In this document: positions 16,961-25,464 of the stretch, in pieces | Layout: the number at the start of each line of letters is the position of its first letter | Position numbering within the stretch: position 1 is the stretch's first letter | Assembly: GCA_964446015.1 (NCBI GenBank) | Contig: CAYUMT010000001.1 | Span: 1 to 38,690 of the forward strand | Source: Candidatus Hadarchaeota archaeon | GTDB taxonomy: Archaea; Hadarchaeota; Hadarchaeia; Hadarchaeales; Hadarchaeaceae | DNA length: 38,690 bases | Direction of reading: 5' to 3' | Translations under genes and position numbers: made by a program | Notes under the pieces: generated by a model | What the model was told of the DNA's origin: nothing | Databases searched by the model: none | The model's input: only the letters and a program-made list of their open reading frames with translations

Positions 16961-17520
16961 GTCTTGGCCTCCTTTCTTGCTTCCTCGATCCACTCAAGCT
17001 TCCCCAGACTCGGTTGACGCATAGTGAGCCCTATCTTGCCTCCCTTTGTCCCGCGCTTCAGACTAACTGTCACGATGCGGGCCCTGACTTTGTCTCCCTC
17101 CTTAAGCGAGCGTTTAGATTCCTTCCCGTAAAGAGAGCCCTTCTTCTTGTCATAGCCGACGAAATCATCCATAACTTGAGAGACGTGGACCAGACCGTCG
17201 ATTGGGCCTAGCCTTACGAAGCCGCCAAACTCCACTATCTCCACTATCTCACCCAAGACAACCTCGTTGACCTCAGGCTTGTAGACAAGCGCCTCAAATC
17301 TCACGTCATGGTAGCTAGCACCGTCGCCCATTATGACCCTGCCGACAGAGGTATCTATTACTTTCGTGATGCTCAGGATTGTGCCCACGTCCTTATCCGA
17401 TACGCCCCCGTAGTTCTTTCGGAGAATATCCAATATCACGTCATCAAGCTTCTCTGAAAACCTATTTGGTGGCACGCGAACCGTGTCCTCTACTGTTAAT
17501 ATTTTGTACGTCCATCTCAC
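16957..17520 (-). CDS. rpoE1: RNA polymerase subunit Rpo7 (E')
   Basis: YKILTVEDTVRVPP, S1 domain FGGFVRLGPIDGLVHVSQVMDD and KIGLTMRQPSLGKLEWI. Confidence 0.98.
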   Translation of the reverse strand: MRWTYKILTVEDTVRVPPNRFSEKLDDVILDILRKNYGGVSDKDVGTILSITKVIDTSVGRVIMGDGASYHDVRFEALVYKPEVNEVVLGEIVEIVEFGGFVRLGPIDGLVHVSQVMDDFVGYDKKKGSLYGKESKRSLKEGDKVRARIVTVSLKRGTKGGKIGLTMRQPSLGKLEWIEEARKEAKT

Positions 17521-17794
17521 CTCATTATTTATTTTAACCTGACTGAAAACCCGTTTTATCTCTAGGTGTTAAACTTTTTTGGCTGATTATGAGGCATCCA
17601 AAGTTATGTCCATCTTGGACGGAGCCTAGATTGTGATACCCACGATACTCAATCATGTTACAATCTCCTAAATTAAGACATGATAACAAGTATAAGTATC
17701 TTTAACTATTATCCGATGAGATGCAAAACCAAATAGTTCCAGTAGATAAACAGGGCAAAATACTTAAAAGTAAATATAAACAAGTGAGCGAAAG

Positions 17795-19894
17795 GTGAAA
17801 AAGATGGATTTCATGTTTCTTGCCCCCATAGGGAGCATTTTGGCACTAGGCTTCACGGCGTACCTAGCATTTTACATCTTAAAGCAAAGCAGGGGCAACG
17901 AGGAAATGAAAAAAATCCAAGAATCTATAGAGGAAGGTGCTAATGCATTCCTTAAGAAGCAGTATACTGTTTTGGCCGTGTTTATAGCTGGCATGGCTTT
18001 ATTTTTATCTATTTTAGTTTATTTAGGATTCCTTAACCTTTTCGTGCCCATCGCCTTTGTTACCGGGGGCTTTTTTTCAGCTCTAGCTGGCTACATAGGA
18101 ATGAAATTTTCAACAAAATCAAATGCGAGGACGGCGGAAGCGGCGAGAAAAAGCCTGAACAAAGGCCTGAAGATAGCATTGCTAGGTGGCTCGGGGATGG
18201 GTCTCACTGCTGTGGGATTGGCCCTTTTGGATCTAAGTTTCTGGTTTTACTTCCTGAACTGGTATTATGGATACTTACCACTAGTCGAAAGGATACTGAT
18301 AATAACTGGCGCTATGGTTACGTTCGAGCTTGGCGCAAGCTCGGTGGCACTCTTTGCTAGAGTAGGGGGGGGAATCTTCACAAAAGCTGCCGACGTGGGG
18401 GCTGATCTAGTAGGAAAAGTTGAGGCGGGAATACCTGAAGATGATCCTAGGAACCCGGCGGTCATTGCAGATCAGGTTGGAGATAATGTAGGTGATGTTG
18501 CCGGAATGGGGGGAGATTTATATGAATCATACGTGGGCGCTATAGTGGGAACTATGCTGCTTGCGGCCGCCGCAGGCTTTTCCCTGGGTGGGGTAACACT
18601 TCCAATGGCGATATCCTCAGTTGGAGTTCTTTCATCAATTATTGGTATAATCAGTGTGAGAACAAGGGGAAAAGAAACCCCTGCGGAATTAATTTGGGCG
18701 ATACGTAAGGGTGTGTATCTCAGCTCCATCCTAATAGCAATTATTTCTTTCTTACTTGTGTATTACACTTTAGGTATGGAATACATCGGCGTTTTTTATG
18801 CAACAATCGCGGGTCTGATTGCAGGTCTCGTGATAGGTTTCAGCACAGAGTACTTTACCTCCAGCAGTTTTGGACCAGCTAAATCTGTATCCAAATCCTC
18901 CACAACAGGTCCTGCGACCGTAATTCTAAGCGGTATGTCACTAGGAATGATAAGCACCTTAGTACCTGCCGTATCAGTCGCCATAGCAATTATGGCCAGT
19001 TTTTTCGTTACCGGCGGTGCCAATAATCCCGCTTTAGGTTTATACGGTATTGGAATATCGGCGGTTGGGATGCTGAGCACGCTCGGCGTAACACTCGCTA
19101 CAGACGCTTACGGACCTATCGCCGACAACGCTGGAGGAATCTCAGAGCTTAGTCACCAAAGCCCTAAGGTCAGGAAAAGAACCGACGCTTTGGATAGCGT
19201 CGGAAACACAACGGCAGCTACTGGCAAGGGATTCGCCATAGGATCGGCAGCTCTAACGTCACTTGCGTTAATTGCTGCTTATCACGATAGAATATCAGAG
19301 GCCATTGGTAATCCAATTGAATTTAACATTATGGAACCACAACTATTAGTAGGTCTGTTCCTTGGATCTGTGATAGTTTTTGCCTTTTGTTCAATAACGA
19401 TGAGGGCGGTTGGTATAACTGCTCAACAAGTAGTTATCGAGGCAAGAAGACAATTTAAAAAAATACCGGGCCTGAAAAAGGGCAAAGGCAAAGCAGATTA
19501 TGCGCGAATAGTGGGAATAACAACAAGAGCTGCACAAAAACAGATGATAGTTCCAGCCATGATAGCTATCTCAGCACCCATCATAATCGGTTTACTGGTG
19601 GGTGTAAAAGCCGTGGCTGGCCTGTTGATAGGCGCCCTTGTTACGGGATTCCCAATGGCGGTTTTCATGGCAAATGCCGGTGGAGTATGGGATAATGCAA
19701 AAAAGAGGGTCGAGTTTGGAGAGTACGGGGGAAAGGGATCTGATAGCCATAAAGCGACCATCATAGGGGATACTGTAGGTGATCCATTCAAAGATACTGC
19801 CGGTCCTTCTCTGAACATACTGATAAAGCTGATGGCTATGGTAGCAATAGTATTCGCATCATTCATAATTCAATATACTTTGGTTGGGGTATGA
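17795..19894 (+). CDS. hppA: Membrane-integral pyrophosphatase, K+-dependent, Na+(/H+)-translocating type
   Basis: GGGIFTKAADVGADLVGKVE, EDDPRNPAVIADQVGDNVGD, GNTTAA (Ala, K+-dependent) and GDTVGDPFKDTAGP. ATG 17804 is a likely alternative start. Confidence 0.97.
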   Translation: MKKMDFMFLAPIGSILALGFTAYLAFYILKQSRGNEEMKKIQESIEEGANAFLKKQYTVLAVFIAGMALFLSILVYLGFLNLFVPIAFVTGGFFSALAGYIGMKFSTKSNARTAEAARKSLNKGLKIALLGGSGMGLTAVGLALLDLSFWFYFLNWYYGYLPLVERILIITGAMVTFELGASSVALFARVGGGIFTKAADVGADLVGKVEAGIPEDDPRNPAVIADQVGDNVGDVAGMGGDLYESYVGAIVGTMLLAAAAGFSLGGVTLPMAISSVGVLSSIIGIISVRTRGKETPAELIWAIRKGVYLSSILIAIISFLLVYYTLGMEYIGVFYATIAGLIAGLVIGFSTEYFTSSSFGPAKSVSKSSTTGPATVILSGMSLGMISTLVPAVSVAIAIMASFFVTGGANNPALGLYGIGISAVGMLSTLGVTLATDAYGPIADNAGGISELSHQSPKVRKRTDALDSVGNTTAATGKGFAIGSAALTSLALIAAYHDRISEAIGNPIEFNIMEPQLLVGLFLGSVIVFAFCSITMRAVGITAQQVVIEARRQFKKIPGLKKGKGKADYARIVGITTRAAQKQMIVPAMIAISAPIIIGLLVGVKAVAGLLIGALVTGFPMAVFMANAGGVWDNAKKRVEFGEYGGKGSDSHKATIIGDTVGDPFKDTAGPSLNILIKLMAMVAIVFASFIIQYTLVGV

Positions 19895-19930
19895 AATGAT
19901 ATCACGGATGACCTCTTAATATCACGAAAA

Positions 19931-20317
19931 TCATTTTATAATTAGACCATCCATTTCCAGATGAGATCTATCTCTTAAATAAACAACTACTGCTCCTCGG
20001 CGCCTTAGTTCCTTTCTTAAAAGAGAGTCCGTAGTGCCAACTATGTAACTTCTTTCTCCCGCCAGTTTTAGTATAGCTTCGTCAGCTGGGCCTTTAACTT
20101 TAATGATCTTTCCACGTCCGGTCAGATTGATTCCTACCCTCGCTGCCAATCTTTCCTTGGGTTTTCCTCGCTTAGAAATTTTTATGAGTTCTCTAAAAAC
20201 CGGACTTGGAATTAAAAGCTCGTAACTCTGTATGAGCAACCTATTTAGCTCGCTTAATATGTCAACACCAAACATGCCAGGTATCATAATAAAGCTAGTG
20301 TCCGCTATAACTTGCAA
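19931..20317 (-). CDS. PIN domain protein (Fcf1/Utp24-like)
   Basis: VIADTSFIM, ADEAIL and GTTDSLLRKELRRRG..VVYLR; conserved position after aIF2-gamma. Confidence 0.9.
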   Translation of the reverse strand: MQVIADTSFIMIPGMFGVDILSELNRLLIQSYELLIPSPVFRELIKISKRGKPKERLAARVGINLTGRGKIIKVKGPADEAILKLAGERSYIVGTTDSLLRKELRRRGAVVVYLRDRSHLEMDGLIIK

Positions 20318-20328
20318 GTTAACAACCT

Positions 20329-21558
20329 TTAGCTAATAATGCCATAACCGACCAAGCGCCATCTTCCGGCTACTCGTCGACTGATAGCTGCCCTTGCACC
20401 TAGCTCCGCACATACTGGGAGTTTAAGCCTTAAACTGGCCTTGTCTCCTCGCGCGCTGGTAATTGTGCCAACCGTCATCGCAGTGCCCACGTTTAGCATA
20501 ATTACCTCCCCAGTAACCAGCGGTTTCACGTCGAGCTCCTCCTGAAGGCCAACTACTCGCTTCATCAGGTTGACCTTGAGCTCAAGAGTGTCGAGCACCT
20601 CGGGAAGACTATCCGGTAAACCTAAAACAGATCCCACCAGTGAGTCACCCTTCGCCAAGGAGGGGTCAAGTAGCGTGCCAACACCAACCAAGCCGCCCGG
20701 GATGACTTCCTCAAGCGAGTTCCCCATTGAGTGCAGGCTAACTATCTTGGAGCTAAGATGCTGCCATTTAGTCCTGCCCTCGCGGCTAACCTTTATTCCA
20801 GGACAGAGCCCTATGGTGTCGTCCATCTTAAGCTTGCCCTGAAGTAGTGAACCTCCCAAGACTCCTCCAGCGAGTTTTTCGGGCCTTGCCCCAGGTCGAT
20901 TCACGTCGAATGACCTTGCTACAAACATTCGGGGGGGTTTGTTGAGATCCCTTTTTGGCGTTGGTATTTGCTCCTCTATATATTGGATTAACTTGTCCAC
21001 ATTTGCCCTGTGAATAGCAGAAATTGGGATTATCGGAGCATCCACGAATTGAGTATCAGCGAGGAATTCCTTTATCTGACGGTAATTCTCCAAGACCTTC
21101 TCTCGCGATACCAGTTCAATCTTGTTCTGCGCTGCAACTAGATTCCGCACCCCACATATCTCCAGTGCCATCAAGTGTTCTTTCGTCTGGGGCTGGGGGC
21201 AGAACTCGTTAGCCGCGACGACGAGTATTGCACCGTCCATGATTGCGGCCCCTGAAATCATCGTGGCCATTAGCATCTCATGACCGGGAGCGTCGACGAA
21301 GGAAACGCGGCGAAGAAATTCTGTTCCACCGCTACAGTAGGGACACTTCTCCTTTGTGGTATAGCGGCCACACTCCTTGCAACGCCAGAAGGACGTGTCA
21401 GCGTATCCTAGACGGATCGAAATACCGCGACGTATTTCCTCACTATGTACATCGGTCCAGACGCCAGATAGGGCCTCGGTTAGTGTCGTCTTACCATGGT
21501 CGACGTGCCCTACCAAACCTATGTTAATAGCTGCCTGAGGCATATTCACCCTGTTCAA
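20329..21558 (-). CDS. eif2g: Translation initiation factor 2 gamma subunit
   Basis: GHVDHGKTT, EEIRRGISIRLGYA, Zn knuckle, DAPGHE, QNKIE and RWRLVGYG. Confidence 0.98.
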   Translation of the reverse strand: MNRVNMPQAAINIGLVGHVDHGKTTLTEALSGVWTDVHSEEIRRGISIRLGYADTSFWRCKECGRYTTKEKCPYCSGGTEFLRRVSFVDAPGHEMLMATMISGAAIMDGAILVVAANEFCPQPQTKEHLMALEICGVRNLVAAQNKIELVSREKVLENYRQIKEFLADTQFVDAPIIPISAIHRANVDKLIQYIEEQIPTPKRDLNKPPRMFVARSFDVNRPGARPEKLAGGVLGGSLLQGKLKMDDTIGLCPGIKVSREGRTKWQHLSSKIVSLHSMGNSLEEVIPGGLVGVGTLLDPSLAKGDSLVGSVLGLPDSLPEVLDTLELKVNLMKRVVGLQEELDVKPLVTGEVIMLNVGTAMTVGTITSARGDKASLRLKLPVCAELGARAAISRRVAGRWRLVGYGIIS

Positions 21559-21618
21559 ATCCCCTTACAATAATAAAAATACCCTGATTGGGCGCAAACT
21601 CGTGTAGTTTACTGTAAG

Positions 21619-22017
21619 CTAGGCTGGTTTTGTTTCCTTTGGAGCAACTATTTCATCGATCGACTTTTCTCCGCGCTTCACTATCTTCGCATTAATCTGC
21701 ACGATTGCTTCAGAGACTCTAGATCCTCGGACAAGCTTGCGGCGGCGCTCACCAGACCTACTCGGAGAAAATCCAGTGCCTCCAGCCAGTAAGACTCTTG
21801 TCCTTCCGGATCCCCAAATATCCGAGCGCATGGGAAATCCATCCTTGTCGGTGCCTCCGGTAATCTGGAGCTCGTAACCAGATAACCCAACTACTTCACC
21901 ACCGAATTTGTCCATAATCCTTAACCCCAACAGCTTGCGGGACTCTGGGTCGCGTGCCTCAAGCTTATAGCTATTGCCAGTCTCAGGGTCCGCTACGATT
22001 ACTTTGAACGGCATCAC
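21619..22017 (-). CDS. rps6e: 30S ribosomal protein S6e
   Basis: ITGGTDKDGFPMR and GERRRKLVRG. Confidence 0.97.
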   Translation of the reverse strand: MMPFKVIVADPETGNSYKLEARDPESRKLLGLRIMDKFGGEVVGLSGYELQITGGTDKDGFPMRSDIWGSGRTRVLLAGGTGFSPSRSGERRRKLVRGSRVSEAIVQINAKIVKRGEKSIDEIVAPKETKPA

Positions 22018-22171
22018 ATCACCATGAAATTACTGAACATGCCAACTATCCTTACAATGCATAAAGCCTTTTCGAACTTGAACCCAGCGTTCGAGGCTAG
22101 ACAATTAAACGTCAACTCAATGTTATTTTCTCAAAAAGCGGTTATTTGTGAGATAAAGTTAATTAGCAATT

Positions 22172-23965
22172 TTACATCACGCCATAAGTCGGATCCTCAC
22201 GCTGCTTTATCGCGATTATCTCGTCGAGAACCGCCAGCTCATCGCCGGAGATCAAGTCCCTCAGGTCTCGCTTCATGGAAATTGCGTGGTCCCTCGGCAC
22301 ATCTGTATATAGGACATCGCCCTCATGAATGTGTCTCCCGACCAATGGTCCTTCAATTGAAACTGCAATCTCTTCTCCGAGCTTCGCTTCCTGAATCAAT
22401 TTCTTCTCCTTCTGCATCTCACGAACTATTCCCACCCGTTTTCCTTCCCTATTCATAAGGTGAAACTTGGGTCGAATAACGCCCCCAAGGACATCCACGC
22501 CTACAATCGCCGGATCGCTGCGTCTGAATACATAACCAATTTTGAGGGTGATTTTTCCGGGCCTAACATAGCCCTCTAAGCGCCTCGCCCTGATTTCTTC
22601 TCTTTTCTTCCCGGACCACTCCTCGTATCGCTCAAGAAGCCGATATATAATGTCTTCCTCGATAATTGATACGCCCTCGTTAACGGCTTCGGCCTGTGCG
22701 TCTTGTAAGAGACCGACGTTAAAAGCCAGCACGACCGCAAGCAGCTCGTTCGTCTTACCAACGCTCGATGCTTCGATCACGTCCCGACGAGAGACATCGC
22801 CAACATCCGCACGTCGAATTGGCACACCTTTCGCCTTGAGCTGTCCTTCGAGAGCCTCAAGCGAGCCCAATGCGTCAGCCTTCACGACTATCCCATTTAT
22901 ATCAGCACTTATCCTGACGCGTTCAAGTTCCTGTTGCATTTCCTGCCATAATTTTTCGGCTTCCGTTATGTCCCTGACTACCATTAGAGGAGCACCGGCC
23001 ACAACTCCATCAAGGTTAGGCGCCGCCACCTTTACCCCCGCAGCTGCGTAAACTCTCTTAACTGAGTTGAATCGGTCCTCGGGATCACGGATTTCGTCGA
23101 GGGGTCTTGGTTGGAGGAGCGCGCGCACCTTAGTTGTTATAACCTTTTCAAGCCCTCCCACTGCGAAAATATCGCCCTTCGCTAGAGTACCATCGTAGAT
23201 TATCACATCTATAGTTTTGCCCAATCCTACCTCTTCCTTCACCTCGAGAACCGTCCCAAGCGCTGGGCCCTTGACCTCCACCGTGAGCTCCTTCTCTAGA
23301 AAACGTTGCGCGAGTCCGGCAAGTACTGCAAGTATCTCAGGTATCCCCTCCCCAGACTTCGCGCTAGCTGGGACAATGGAAACCTGTTTCCTGAAATCGC
23401 TGACGCGGTCAAATCTTTCCGACTCGAACCCGAGCTCGTGAAGCTTACCGACAAGCTGGTATATTTTTTCATCAAGCGCATGTTGAACATCGTGCTGCTG
23501 TTTCGCGAAGGATTCCAAAAAACAAGCATTTGGCGTAGACCTCCAACCCTGTATGAGGTCGATCTTGTTCGCGATTAGCATGAATGGTGTGTGATATAAT
23601 TTTAAAATGGTCAACGATTCAAGAGTCTGGGGCATGAACCCCTCGTTGATGTCGACCACTAAAGCCGCCAAGTCCGCGAGCGCCCCTCCACGGCGCCGGA
23701 GATTTGTAAAAGCCTCGTGTCCAGGGGTATCGATAAAAAGTAGGCCCGTGAGCCTCACATCTATTTTAAACCTCTCCAGAAGTCTGCCGCAAGTTTTCCT
23801 GATGGTATCCACAGGCACCTCGCTTGCCCCGACGTGTTGAGTTATCGCTCCAGCTTCGCGTGCTGCTACGGTCGTGCCCCTAATTCTATCCAAAAGCGAA
23901 GTTTTTCCGTGGTCAACATGGCCCAGCACGGCAATTAAAGGCTGCCTAACCTTTTTCTCCGGCAT
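22172..23965 (-). CDS. infB: Translation initiation factor aIF5B (IF-2)
   Basis: RQPLIAVLGHVDHGKTSLLD, EAGAITQHVGA, DTPGHEAF and NKID; no intein. Start taken at ATG 23965. Confidence 0.98.
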   Translation of the reverse strand: MPEKKVRQPLIAVLGHVDHGKTSLLDRIRGTTVAAREAGAITQHVGASEVPVDTIRKTCGRLLERFKIDVRLTGLLFIDTPGHEAFTNLRRRGGALADLAALVVDINEGFMPQTLESLTILKLYHTPFMLIANKIDLIQGWRSTPNACFLESFAKQQHDVQHALDEKIYQLVGKLHELGFESERFDRVSDFRKQVSIVPASAKSGEGIPEILAVLAGLAQRFLEKELTVEVKGPALGTVLEVKEEVGLGKTIDVIIYDGTLAKGDIFAVGGLEKVITTKVRALLQPRPLDEIRDPEDRFNSVKRVYAAAGVKVAAPNLDGVVAGAPLMVVRDITEAEKLWQEMQQELERVRISADINGIVVKADALGSLEALEGQLKAKGVPIRRADVGDVSRRDVIEASSVGKTNELLAVVLAFNVGLLQDAQAEAVNEGVSIIEEDIIYRLLERYEEWSGKKREEIRARRLEGYVRPGKITLKIGYVFRRSDPAIVGVDVLGGVIRPKFHLMNREGKRVGIVREMQKEKKLIQEAKLGEEIAVSIEGPLVGRHIHEGDVLYTDVPRDHAISMKRDLRDLISGDELAVLDEIIAIKQREDPTYGVM

Positions 23966-24142
23966 TTCAAAACACCAAGCTATGTTTGTCGCCAAAATTT
24001 AAGTAAGGTGTCTAATGGCAAGTTCTAGGCGTTCATATTGCATTTTAAACATAGTTATCGGTTACTCGACTGTGTATTTTGTGAACTCCCCTATCTCGGG
24101 ATACATGTGAAAATCTACGGGCCCTCCTGATTCTGAGCTTTG

Positions 24143-24553
24143 CTATACCAAATCCTTGAAGAATATTGGTATCTCACGCTTTGCACTTTCTGGTGAATCA
24201 GCACCGTGGATTATATTCTCGGTTATGTTATTAGCAAAATCCCCTCTAATCGTGCCCTTTGCGGCATTGGCCGGTTCTGTTGCGCCCATCAGCTCCCGCA
24301 TATGAGCTATCGCCTTATTTCCCTCCACTACCATCGCTACGACTTCTCCAGAGAGCACGTGTTTAACCAAACGCTCGAAGAAGGGCTTCCCCGCGTGGAC
24401 AGAGTATAGTTTCTCGGCAAGATCTCTTTTTAGCCTCATCCTACGTTTTGAAACTATGCGCAAATCGGCAGCTTGAATGCGCCTAACGATCTCGTCAACC
24501 AATCCCTTTGACACGCCGTCCGGTTTTATCATGACAAAAGTTCGCTCGGTCAG
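24143..24553 (-). CDS. ndk: Nucleoside diphosphate kinase
   Basis: ERTFVMIKPDGV, HAGKPFF, GTIRGDF and NIIHGADS. Homology begins at CTG 24553, overlapping the rpl24e stop. Confidence 0.97.
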   Translation of the reverse strand: MTERTFVMIKPDGVSKGLVDEIVRRIQAADLRIVSKRRMRLKRDLAEKLYSVHAGKPFFERLVKHVLSGEVVAMVVEGNKAIAHMRELMGATEPANAAKGTIRGDFANNITENIIHGADSPESAKREIPIFFKDLV

Positions 24554-24741
24554 GTTTTTGCCCCCGCTTTCTTGAAGCGCTCGGTCCACCTAATCTCATA
24601 TGGCTTGCGACCCAGCCCGAAGTTATGCTCACACTTGCTCGAGCAGAAAAACACTATAGTTCCATCTCGTCTGACTAGCATTAGTCCCGTGCCGGGTTCT
24701 ATTCGCCCACCGCAAAAGGAACATTTTCGCGCGACTGGCAT
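24550..24741 (-). CDS. rpl24e: 50S ribosomal protein L24e
   Basis: CSFCG..IEPGTG..VRRDG..FFCSSKC...WT. Confidence 0.97.
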   Translation of the reverse strand: MPVARKCSFCGGRIEPGTGLMLVRRDGTIVFFCSSKCEHNFGLGRKPYEIRWTERFKKAGAKT

Positions 24742-24960
24742 CTAAGGCACCCTTATCTCTTTGGCTTCACGATCGGTCTCCCGGAGCATCAAAATGTCGC
24801 CAACGCGCACAGGCCCCTTGACGTTGCGGGTTATGATACGCCCCTTGTCGCGACCCTCAAGTACCCTGCACTTCACCTGCATTATCTCTCCGGTTACCCC
24901 GGTGCGAGACCTCAGCTCAATTACCTCGGCAGGAAAGCCGAGATGCTCTTCTGCGGGCAT
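24742..24960 (-). CDS. rps28e: 30S ribosomal protein S28e
   Basis: [54 protein letters not shown]. Start taken at ATG 24960. Confidence 0.97.
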   Translation of the reverse strand: MPAEEHLGFPAEVIELRSRTGVTGEIMQVKCRVLEGRDKGRIITRNVKGPVRVGDILMLRETDREAKEIRVP

Positions 24961-24965
24961 TAGAT

Positions 24966-25337
24966 TCACTTCTTAAGCTCTTTGATGCGCTCTGTTATCT
25001 CCTTTACTGCCTGCGAGGCCTGCCCGGCGTCGACTATGCCTATTGCAGCCGTGCCAACGTCCAAGCCTGCAGCGGCCCCTAACTCGCGTTTGCTGGGGAC
25101 GTAAACGTAAGGAACACCCTTCTCGTCGGAAAGCGCGGGCAAATGGGCCACGATTTCAGGGGGTTCAATGTCCTCCGCCATCACAACGAGTACCGCTTGC
25201 TTGCGCTCGATTGCCTTGGTAACCTCGTTTGTTCCCTTCCTGAGTTTCCCAGTATCTCTAGCTGCCTCAACTGCCTCGTAAACTTTATCTGCCAGGTCCT
25301 TCGGAACCTCAAATCTCACGTAAATTGGCTTTGCCAC
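24966..25337 (-). CDS. rpl7ae: 50S ribosomal protein L7Ae
   Basis: [16 protein letters not shown] and [13 protein letters not shown]; GGAGGTG RBS. Confidence 0.98.
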   Translation of the reverse strand: MAKPIYVRFEVPKDLADKVYEAVEAARDTGKLRKGTNEVTKAIERKQAVLVVMAEDIEPPEIVAHLPALSDEKGVPYVYVPSKRELGAAAGLDVGTAAIGIVDAGQASQAVKEITERIKELKK

Positions 25338-25347
25338 TCAAAACACC

Positions 25348-25378
25348 TCCTTCAGGTTTCAACCTCATCATTCACCGG
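25348..25378 (-). promoter_or_regulatory. Kink-turn element in the rpl7ae 5' UTR (L7Ae autoregulation site)
   Basis: The minus strand reads ATGATGA-GGTTGAAAC-CTGA-AGGAGGTG: box C and box D motifs closing a short hairpin that abuts the RBS. Confidence 0.75.
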
Positions 25379-25464
25379 TTGTGGCTGGTTATTCCTTATG
25401 TTAGCTACGGGATAAAAGTCTGTTGTATAATGGGTTCCAGAAGAAAGCTAGTTAGAAAATTGGG

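Noticed and set aside
22172-23965. Inteins in aIF5B or Cdc6 (known intein hosts)
   Set aside because: Both proteins have normal length and uninterrupted motifs.
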